64,000 bases of DNA, from positions 716,321 to 780,320 of the forward strand of contig NMRA01000049.1 of the NCBI GenBank assembly GCA_002633005.1, written 5' to 3'. The position numbers and the translations under genes were made by a program. Source of the stretch: Phoronis australis. Lineage: Eukaryota; Animalia; Phoronida. Below are positions 39,001-48,620 of the stretch, piece by piece (the stretch's first letter is position 1; every line of letters starts with the position of its first letter). Below the pieces are notes generated by a model. That model was not told where the DNA came from. It did not search any database and worked only from the letters and a program-made list of their open reading frames with translations.

Positions 39001-42000
39001 TTCTGGTGACTTCACAAAGACTATGAAGATAGTCGACGCTGTTGGAAATACACCTTCTACTCTGGCTATTCTGAACCCTGACGAGTATTCTAACTTAAAA
39101 CTTGTTTTTGCCGGCGGTGAGCCATGTTCCTCCACAATGGTAAACGTATGGGGTAAAAATCGAGTTCTATTAAACGGATATGGACCAACAGAATGTAGCA
39201 TTATGTCCCACAGTGGTCGATTGCAGCCATATAAACGAGTTACAGTTGGAAAGCCTCTACCAAATACCAAAAGTTACATTCTTGACAGTAATCAGCGACC
39301 TGTTCCTCCGAACATGACTGGTGAGCTTTTCATTGGAGGAGTCAATGTTGGAAGAGGTTACCACAATAGACCAGATTTGACAGAGGCTGCTTTCCTTGAA
39401 AATCCCTTCGATGTTGGACGAATTTACAAAACAGGTGATTTGGCAAGATGGTTGGAAAACGGAGAAATTGAAATCATAGGACGAATTGACCATCAAGTCA
39501 AATTACGAGGCAAACGTATCGAACTCGAAGAAGTTAGGAGTGCTATTGAACGTCTTCCGGGTGTCACACAAGCACATGTCCTTGTTCAAGATAAGCAGCA
39601 CATCGTAGCATATGCTCTGACTTCCACTGGAGTCAGCCAAGCCGACCTCCTCTGCTCCTTAAAAAAGAAACTTCCCAACTTCATGGTACCAACAGCAATA
39701 TTTTGCATGAGTAATTTTCCTTTGACAGCAAATAACAAGATTGATCAACGATCACTACCGAGGTTTGAACCCCAAACCACTCATTACATGGGAGCAACCC
39801 CGTCTAATAATCTGGATAAGTTGATTCTTAATTGTTACAGGGATGTCGTTGACCCAGGTTTTAACATGGAAGATGATTTCTTTGAGCTTGGTGGACACTC
39901 CCTTTCAGCAATAAGGTTAAAATCGATGCTTGCAGATAATACAGGCTTAGACGTTTCCATGGTCGATGTAATGAACTTCACCACGCCGTTTGACCTGGCA
40001 GCAGAGTTAAACAACAGAATTTTATTTCCACGAAAGAAAGTACAGTCAGTATCCATCCTACCAAAAACGTGTTCAGTGGAGGGAGACAAGATCATCACAG
40101 CCAAAACGTCCTGTCGGCAAGAGCAAATGTGTTTATTGTATGAACTAATACCGAGTAGTCCAGTGTATAATGTTACTGTAGTTCTTGAATTCCGTGGAAT
40201 CTTGGACGTTGGATTTCTAGAACAATCCATTAAAAGCATAACGACAGTGCATAGTTCGTACAGAACATCTTTTAAGAGGTCAGTTGACAATTCATTTATT
40301 CAAATTGTCACCCCAATTCAAGACTATGAACTGAATTTCAGCTTTTACGATTACGCGGGAGAACAAGGTAGCTGCCAACAAAAGGCACGTGAGCTTTTAT
40401 ACAGAGAAGCCGCAAAACCATTCGATCTTTATTCCGTGCCGTTGGCCAGATTTGTCCTAGTCAAGCTTTCCAACGAAGTTCATCATTTGGGCATATTTAT
40501 GCACCACTCTGTAACTGACGGCGGCTCGCTAAAGATAACCATTGACCACTTAGCAGAATACTATGCTTCCCTAGTGAATAATTGTCAGCCAAACATTCCA
40601 CAGCAGAGATTAAACTACATTGATTACAGCAACTGGGAGAATAAGTTGCTCGAAAGCGGTGAAATTGAAAGACAAATACAGTTTTGGAAAGATAAGTTGG
40701 AAAACGTTCCCAATATATTAGACTTGCCTCTAGACAGAGCACGACCTGCTATTCCAACGTATCAAGGCGAGACTTTGTTCTTTGACATTCCGGACGATGT
40801 CTCAGAAGATTTGCTAAAGTGCTCTCTAGAATGCGGAGGTACACTCTTCACATCGCTTGCAACTGTATACGCATTATTGATTCGTATCTACTGCCAATCT
40901 GATGACGTTGTTGTTGGAGCGTTTTTCTCAGGAAGACACAATCCTGGTGTCGAAAATGTAGTAGGCTACTTTGTGAATACACTTCCTCTTCGAATTCAGT
41001 TTAATCAGCAGGCAACTTTCACATCTTGTTTGACGGATGTAAAGAACTTAATGCTCGAGGTTCTTGATAATCAGGACGTACCTTTTCAGAAAATTCTCGA
41101 GTCCTTGAACGTGCCACGTGACACGTCATATCACCCTATTATTCAAGTTGCTACTGTGCTTCAAGAAGGTATCACAAGCAGACCCTTGGTGGACGGACTT
41201 TCCATGAAAGCACAAGCTTTTGAGCAATTCACAGCAAAATTTGACTTGAATTTAGAATTTGTAAGACATCAAAACGGGAATCTTAGTGGACAGTTTGTTT
41301 TTAACACCGACATTTTCAACCGCTGTACTATACAACGAATGAGTGAACATTTGTTGTATTTGTTTAGTATGTTGACAAAAAGCCGAGACATTCCATTGGC
41401 TAGCCTTGACATGCTACCACCAAGTGAAACTGATCTCATCAGGTCATTCAATACATCTGGGGAATGCTGTAGACTCCACATACACCAACAGTTTGAGAGG
41501 CAAGTGGAATTGGTACCAGACAGCATTGCAGTAGAGCAAATAGATCGACATATAACGTACAGAAGTCTTAACGCCGCTTGCAATAACTTGGCGCGGAAGC
41601 TACGCGCTGCTGGTGTTGTGCCTGACACCGTAGTTGGTCTGATAGGAGAGAGAAATTTGGAGTGCGTTGCTTCCGAGATGGCAATTTTGAAGGCTGGTGG
41701 AGCAATACTATTAATTGAAGCATCAGCTCCTCGAAATCGCATCGACTTGATGTTGGGTGAAACCGATTGTAAAGTGGTTGTAACCACAAAAGGAATAAAA
41801 CTAACTGGACTTCTTGATACATTCCGAGGAGAAATAATCTTGGTTGACGTAGACAAGTATACTACACGTTGTAACGTTGACACCATCGAAGAAAACGACC
41901 ATCAAAATTTGGAAAACGTTGTAAATTCGAGTCACCTGGCATACATAGTCTTCACTTCTGGAACGACTGGTAAACCAAAAGGAGTCATGATTAACCATTG

Positions 42001-45000
42001 GGGATGCCAATGTTTAATTCCTCGGCTATGTGAAGCCTATTCCATTACACATGGCACAAGAATGACGCATTTCTTTAACATAATGTTTGACGGGGCGTAT
42101 CAGGAAGTATTCATGGCTTTGACAAGTGGGGCAACCCTGGTGCAACGAGAAGAAAACTTCTTAAATACTTTAAAAAATGTGGATGTTTCTTTGATGTCCC
42201 CTTCAGTTCTTGCGTCTTTGGACCCTGAAGACTTTCCCAATCTGAAAAAGGTAATTGTAGGTGCCGAAATACTTCCACAGTCTACAGTGGCTAGATGGAA
42301 AGACCACGTGGAGCTTTATAACGAATACGGTCCATCGGAAGTAACTATTATGTGTACCCTTGGGTTAACAAATTTCAACGAAAAGGTGACCATTGGCAAG
42401 CCAATCACTAATTGTACAGTGAATATTTTAGATGGCAATCTAAAGCGTGTTCCCATTGGAGTCAAAGGGACGGTGTACATTGGGGGCAACGGAATTGCAA
42501 GGGGTTATCTCAAACGACCTGACCTAACTAACAAAAAATTCATCAACAACCCTTTCGGCAAAGGAAAACTTTACAATTCTGACGACATAGGTTATTGGAC
42601 TGCAGATGGCCAGATCGTCCTTGCAGGTCGAAGAGATAGACAAATCAAATTACGAGGCTTTCGAATAGAGCTTGATGAGGTTGATCATGCAATGCGAAGT
42701 GAGAAGGGAATTTCAAATTCTGCTTCTGTCGTAAAAAATGACATGCTTGTGGGGTACGTGACGCCTGACATAGGCAATTTGGGAGTACGTGAACTAAAGA
42801 AGAGTCTTCAAGACAAGCTTCCCCACTACATGGTACCGTCAGCGATTGTTGCTCTCTCGAAATTCCCCATGTCAGCGTCGGAGAAAATCGACTACAAACG
42901 TTTGCCTGAACCTTCTTTCATCGAGTCTGAAATACTCACGGCGAAAGAAGGAATTCTCCTTAAAATTTGGAGTGACGTTTTGCAAATTGAGTTATCGAGG
43001 ATTAAGACTAGTGACTCATTCTTTTACTTAGGCGGCGATTCCATTTCGGCAATGAGGGTATTCTCCCTTGGAAGAAAGAGTGGGTTACGCTTTACAGTTC
43101 AACAAGTCTTTCAGTCCAGAAGTCTTTCTCACCTTGCACATGTTGCAAAATATGCTGAGAAAATGAAAGCTGGTAAAAAAGGTGAACAGGTGGAGGTTTC
43201 AGGACATTTGCCATTGACCCCCATTCAAGAATGGTTTTTCGACTTAAACCTTCGCAATCGCAACTGTTTTAATCAATCACTGCTTCTAAAGTCATTGTTA
43301 AAAGTGGACCCAACACACCTTCAGAATGCCATCAATGCACTTGTCAGACATCACGATATTCTGCGCGCTTTCTTCTCGTTTAAACCAGATGGACGTGCAG
43401 CGCAAGAAATCATGTCTGTAAACGATGCACCAATACCGAAATTGATTCTCAAGAGAATTCCTGAAGACAATCTGGAAACTGAGATGACCAGACTTCAAAA
43501 TTCGTTAGATATAACGTCCGGTCCACTCCTCGCTGTTGGTCTGTTTGATATCGAGGGTAATCGACAGTACATATATATCACAATTCATCACTTAGTCGTG
43601 GATCTTGTTTCTTGGCAAATTATCTTAGAAGATCTCGAAACATTATACCGAGGAGATCTTCTCCAGCAGAAAACGTCTTCATTCAAGGAATGGGCAGAGC
43701 TTCTCAAGTCCGACTATTTTTTTTCCTTTGTTCGCGACGACTGGCCAAGTTTAGAACCAAGCAATCCTTTAAAATTGGATTATGTTCCACAGAACATAGA
43801 TAACATCAAAACCGACAGTGTTGAATTCGAACAAACAGAGTTAGACAAAGAAACAACCAGCAAATTACGCAGTCTCAGAGGGACACGTGGACACGACGAT
43901 ACTTCAATTAATGATATTCTTCTGACAGCACTCATGATAGCGTACAATGAATGGACTGGAGAATCAGTGATGTCCATTGAGCAGGAATGGCATGGGAGAG
44001 AGTCTTGGACAGACAGGCTTGATGTGTCTCGTACTGTCGGCTGGTTCACTGCCATGTATCCCGTAACGTTGTCATTGCACAATCACACAAACGGAGTACT
44101 GGATCACCTTGAAGAAACAAAGCGACGAATTCGAAATATTCCTGATCACGGTAGGCTATATGGAGTATTGAAATATCTAAAGAAAGACAATGATCCAAGG
44201 TTTCACCAAAAAGTTGACATTGTATTTAACTACCATGGAAGTTCAACAATGTATTCTAAAGAGAATAGTCTGTGGGAGGTATGCGATATTGGTGCTTACA
44301 CGTTCAAAAATCGTTGTGATTATGAAGAAGTTAGTCACAAGCTCGGAGTTGAATGTTATATTTCTCAAAATTGCCTTCATGCAAATTTTCTGTACAGCAA
44401 AGATCTTCATCGAGCAGAAACCGTTCGGCTAGTTGCGCAATCGTGGAAGAAAGCACTTCAAAATATCGTCAACGCACTTCAGTTGAACTCAAATATTACT
44501 GAAGTACCTTCGGAAAACCGTGGGATCAAATTTAAGACAGTCCAGGATGATTTGAAGAAAGCAAGAATCAGTTTGGATGACGTGGAAGACATTTATGCCT
44601 GTACACCCCTACAAGAGGGGTTGATATTTTCTTTACTCCGAGACAAATCATCTTATTTGGTACAATTATGTTTGACGATAAAAGGAAATCTCGATGTAGA
44701 AAGATTCAAATTGGCATGGAATGATGTGACAAAACGTCATCCCGCTCTTCGAACGAGTTTCGTCATTGATAGTAGAACACATACCTTGATGCAGGTAGTT
44801 AGACGTTATGCCGATCCACCTTGGAAAATCGGGTCGTGGACTGACTCTGCAGAAGCGGAGTCTCGTTTTGTAAACGAAGACAGAGCAAAAGGATTCAACG
44901 CAAATGATTATCTGCTTAGATTTACTTTAATGAAAACATGCCCTTCAAGCTATAAATTTATTTGGACTGTCCACCATTCAGTTGTCGACGGCTGGTCTTC

Positions 45001-46697
45001 CCCACTCGTACTGAGAGACGTCTTTGCGGCTTATCATTCAAACAATCTTTTACCCGCTCCTTCCTTTCGGTTGTTTGTTGAATATTGCCAATCGCGTGAC
45101 ATGTCTGCTGCACAGAGTTTCTGGTCCAAGTATTTGTCCAATCTCGAACCAATGCGAATCATAACTTTGTCCACAATGAAAGAGATTTCTGAATGTGACA
45201 ATCGACACGTGACACGCACATTTTCCACAAGAATGGATGAACTGAAGCAATTCGCCATGAAGAACAATTTAGCAATAACTTCGGTAATGTATGGTGCCTG
45301 GGCGCTAGTTCTGGATAGGTATTGCAGTAGTTATAGGAAGGACGTTGTTGTTGCAGTTGCTATAGCTTCACGAAGTGCCGAAATAGAAGGTATCGAAGAC
45401 ATGGTTGGACTGCTGCTTAACACATTACCACTTCGCATAACTTTCACATCAAATGAAGAAATGTCGCTAGTGGATTGGCTTAAGACCATACAGGATAGTC
45501 AAGCTGCAATAATGGCATATGATTATAGCAGTTTAGCTGACATACGGAAATGGAGCGGTCTTCCAAGAGATCAGTGTTTGCTTGATACCCTGGTCTCATA
45601 CGAGAATTACCCAGCTCTTGATAATGTGAGCAACCAAGAAATAGAATTCTGTGACATTCATGGATATGAAGAGCTTGATTTGCCACTCGGAATCGTTTTC
45701 AGTGACGATGACGAATATTTGACGACTAAAATTATGTACGACGGTAATCACATCAGCAATGAGTTAGCGCTCCAGATATCGGAACATTTGAACAATGCTT
45801 TGAATGAGATACTCTCTTCTGATAACTCACGATCAGTTTCTGATGTCGACATCAGTAAACCATTCGACATTGAACAGACAAGTGTGGCAAGTCGGTTAAT
45901 TGATAATGTGGCATGTTCACTTTATGTTAAGGATCAGTATGGCCGATCCTGTCCTAAAGACGTCATCGGGAAGTTGTTTATACAACACAATGCGACTGAC
46001 GATGAGGTTTACACTGGTGTTCTGGCAACATCACGAATCAATGGCGGCATAGTTGTTCTGGTAGGCAGCGAAGTCGACTCACTACCGGAAGAGCTGGCGG
46101 GGATTGAAGGATTACCAAGCTCTGTTATCTCCAAAAATAATGACGGTGTATTTGTCTTCGCTTCTCAAAAAGATCCCCTCCATTCTTCGCTATTAGAAGA
46201 GATTAAAAGGAAGCTTGAAAAAGTCAATTTACCAATGTTTGTTCTACCAGTTGACTTCGCCGTTGTTACTGGTGATATTCTTAAAGATATGACAGAAGTG
46301 CCCCCAGAAGTCTCACGAGCGGATTCCAAACAGATATGGCAAGGATGTGACTTTTCGGAAACGTTGACAACCAAGGAAATAATGCTTCGGGATATGTGGG
46401 CAAAGGTTCTGAAAATGAACTCAAGCGAGGTCAAACTCGACCATTCCTTCTTCGACCTTGGAGGCACGTCAATCACGGCTATAAGTCTGGTTTCACTTGG
46501 TGAGAAAAGAGGTCTACAGTTTCAATTATCGGACGTAATGCAGCTGCAAACACTTGCAGAAATTGCCTCAGTTGCCGAGTTAAAGGTTGACGAGGGTGAC
46601 CTGTTGGTTTGTTTAAACACTGGCAATGTCGGCGAAGCTCCAGTCGTATACATTCACGCCAGTGACGGTGGTGTATCGTCGTTTTCGTACATCAGTG
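33023..46697 (+). CDS. Multimodular NRPS, exon 1 (C remnant-A1-T1-E1-C-A2-T2-C-A3-T3-E2-C-vestigial A-T4-start of TE)
   Basis: Uninterrupted 4573-codon ORF. A3 motifs YTSGSTGKPKG (~34216), YTSGTTGRPKG (~38801), FTSGTTGKPKG (~41951). Carrier motifs GGDSI (~35432), GGHSL (~39890), GGDSI (~43031), GGTSI (~46460). E motifs HHLVVDLVSW, ExHGRE and SRTVGWF, each twice. C motifs HHSIVDG, HHSVTDG, HHSVVDG. The start is uncertain: first ATG 33023, second ATG 33062 just after a possible acceptor ttattccAG. The exon ends at donor AGTG|GTAAGT. Confidence 0.96.
33760..35250 (+). other. NRPS adenylation domain A1 (Cys-type family)
   Basis: SFDLSVYDIFG, TIWDSAP, LSGDRIP, GGATEGSIWS, YKTGDLGR, NGKVDR. These match the signature of Cys-activating domains from thiazoline-forming NRPSs. 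Confidence 0.85.
35330..36910 (+). other. NRPS T1 plus epimerization domain E1
   Basis: FFEIGGDSI (GGDS type precedes E domains), LTPAQIWF, HHLVVDLVSW, EAHGRE, SRTVGWF, FNYYG, YTPSDFP. Confidence 0.88.
36985..40020 (+). other. NRPS module 2: C (DCL-like), A2, T2
   Basis: MYPCTPTQEG, HHSIVDG, FGFVVSGR; A2 with NGYGPTE and YKTGDLARW; T2 FFELGGHSL. Confidence 0.88.
40100..44490 (+). other. NRPS module 3: C (LCL-like), A3, T3, E2
   Basis: HHSVTDGGS, LDLPLDRARP, VGYFVNTLPLR, QDVPFQ; A3 with NEYGPSE and QIKLRGFRIEL; T3 GGDSI; E2 LTPIQEWF, HHLVVDLVSW, EWHGRE, SRTVGWF. Confidence 0.88.
44580..46590 (+). other. NRPS module 4: C (DCL-like), vestigial A fragment, T4
   Basis: IYACTPLQEG and intact HHSVVDGWS. 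Then only eroded late A motifs (LYVKDQYGRSCPKDVIGKLFI, YTGVLATSRINGG, LPMFVLP) with no A1-A5 core. T4 FFDLGGTSI. Confidence 0.8.
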
Positions 46698-47253
46698 GTA
46701 AGTTCACGTTTGGAAAAATTATATGTGTGGGTTTGTAAAGCCATTGCTGTCGTATTAACTTAGCAGAACTTTGACACAACAAAGTGAGGACAAAATAGCA
46801 CAATTAGTTCTGGTTTCTGCCCAAATCATTATGAAACCCGCGCCTCATCGCCCGTATCACTTTTAGTGGAGTTGTGTTTTTTCATAAACTACATAAATGG
46901 TACAGGATTGGAAACGTGAGGACATTCACATCTTTTATCACCTTTATTGATTAATAGCTAGTTAGCACAGTGAGCCCCCGTCCGGTCGGACGGAACAAAA
47001 GCAACGGCTGCACCGGACCTCTGAAATCAAAATAATATCTCGTCGCCACTCATATTACAGTAGGTGACTTTTTTGGATTATTCGGAAATAAAAATACCGC
47101 ATCACGGCATTGATTATCAAAAAACGGATTTGTTACAGTCGGAGAATTACTATGATTATTATCAATAAGCTTGTTCTTGTTATTATTGTTACTAATATTA
47201 TTCCTTTTTATGTTGTTCTTCTTCTTATTATTATCATCGCTGTTCATTCCTAG
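46698..47253 (+). other. Spliceosomal GT-AG intron (556 bp, phase 1) within the NRPS TE domain
   Basis: GTAAGT donor, pyrimidine-rich tract plus TAG acceptor, and an in-frame stop if unspliced. Splicing restores both frame and a continuous TE fold sequence. Confidence 0.9.
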
Positions 47254-47900
47254 GTCATCTTAAGAAGCACCCTGTGTATGCCTTCCGGTTTCTGGTTGGT
47301 AGCACACCGTTCGAGTCAATTCCTCAACTTGCCTCCCTGTATGTGGAGCGAATGCAACAGTTGGACTTCTTTGACACAGACACAGTCTATACACTGGTTG
47401 GATACTCATCGGGAGCAGCTATCGCCTTTGAAATGGCACTGCTGCTTCAACAGATCAACCGAAGACCGCAAAAGCTTGTTCTTCTAGACGGATGTCCAGA
47501 TTTAAACAGAAACACGTATATGAGAATTATGAAGTGTACGGAAGAACAAATGGCTGGTCATGAGAAATGGCTTCGAGATACGTGGAAACAAAAAGGCCTC
47601 GACGATGATGATGCAAAGGTTGGACTATCGCTCTTCCGAGAAACTGTGAGCGTGTACGCCGCCTACTTCCCTTCGACGATTTATCATGGAGATGTTACAT
47701 TTGCACGTGCCACGGACTTACTAACAGATGGGCCATTAGCGGAAACGCTTGTTGAGATACAAGAGCAAGGGCGCGACTATGGTACTCAACAACTGTGTTC
47801 TAAAACAGTGCGAGTTGTTGACGTTGACGGCGACCATTACACAATGATGAGAGATGAAAAACAGATGATAGCGAAGGCTATTGCCGGAGCATTAGAGTAA
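47254..47900 (+). CDS. NRPS terminal exon: remainder of the type I thioesterase domain
   Basis: Acceptor ttcattccTAG|G at 47251-47253. A phase-1 splice joins HASDGGVSSFSYIS-G-HLKKHPVYAFRF in frame with the 47274 ORF. Contains the nucleophile elbow GYSSG, LVLLDG and the GDHYTM histidine motif; stop TAA ends at 47900. Confidence 0.92.
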
Positions 47901-47911
47901 ATATATGCATG

Positions 47912-47947
<36 letters not shown>

Positions 47948-48294
47948 CTGTAGGTTTTCCATTTGCGGTATTTAATCAAAGACACTAGAAATAATATTGT
48001 AGTTTATAGGTCATAATCACGAGGTCGTCACTTTTCAGACAATAGTTGACAGTAGTTGATTTCAGCAACTAAAGTTATTGGCAATGTAATGTATGAAGAT
48101 GGAAACATTATGTCTAAAAACACTTTACTGGGAGATAAAACGTAAGGGTAGTGATACACAAGCGATGGTGAGTCATAAGTGGTGATTAGCCATATGCTTA
48201 GTTTTATATAAGTGATGATAAGCCATGCATTTGGTATATAAAAGTGGTGTTGAGGAGTATTTAGCTTATCAGTCGTGGTGAGATATATATTTAG

Positions 48295-48325
<31 letters not shown>

Positions 48326-48384
48326 TTATATAGGTAGAGATGAGGAATATATTTAGCTGTATATAAGTTGAGGCATGTATTTGG

Positions 48385-48620
48385 CAATAAGTATACGTGG
48401 TGATGAGCAATATATTTTGCTATATATCAGTAGCGAGCCACATATTTGGCTACTTATACGTAGTAATGAGCCATATATTTGGCTATATGTGTACGTGGTG
48501 ATGAACAATATATTTAGGTATATATCAGTAGCGAGCCACATATTTGGCTACGTATACGTAGTAATGGGACATATATTTGGCTATATGTATACGTGGTGAT
48601 GAACAATGTATTTAGTTATA
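48385..48620. repeat. Minisatellite with 98-bp period built from three ~33-bp related monomers
   Basis: tacgtggtgatga recurs near 48394, 48492 and 48590; catatttggcta-type subunits lie in between. Confidence 0.82.

Noticed and set aside
33159-46476. Short antisense and alternate-frame ORFs inside the NRPS
   Set aside because: Shadows of the long coding frame with no recognisable motifs.
33023-47900. ACV synthetase (beta-lactam pathway) identity
   Set aside because: ACVS is A-T-C-A-T-C-A-T-E-TE with Cys in module 2. Here the Cys-type domain is first, there are two E domains and an extra C-T, and no isopenicillin N synthase is visible.
33023-47900. Bacterial contaminant contig
   Set aside because: There is a frame-restoring GT-AG intron, no operon neighbours, and eukaryotic LINEs and microsatellites on both sides. 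Read-level confirmation is still needed.
47274-47900. Stand-alone type II thioesterase gene
   Set aside because: The ORF starts at GTG and lacks the N-terminal strand and HxxxG motif, which lie at the end of the large ORF and join by splicing.
48385-48620. CRISPR-like array (also 63689-63862)
   Set aside because: The intervening sequences are themselves repeated, there are no cas genes, and the context is eukaryotic.
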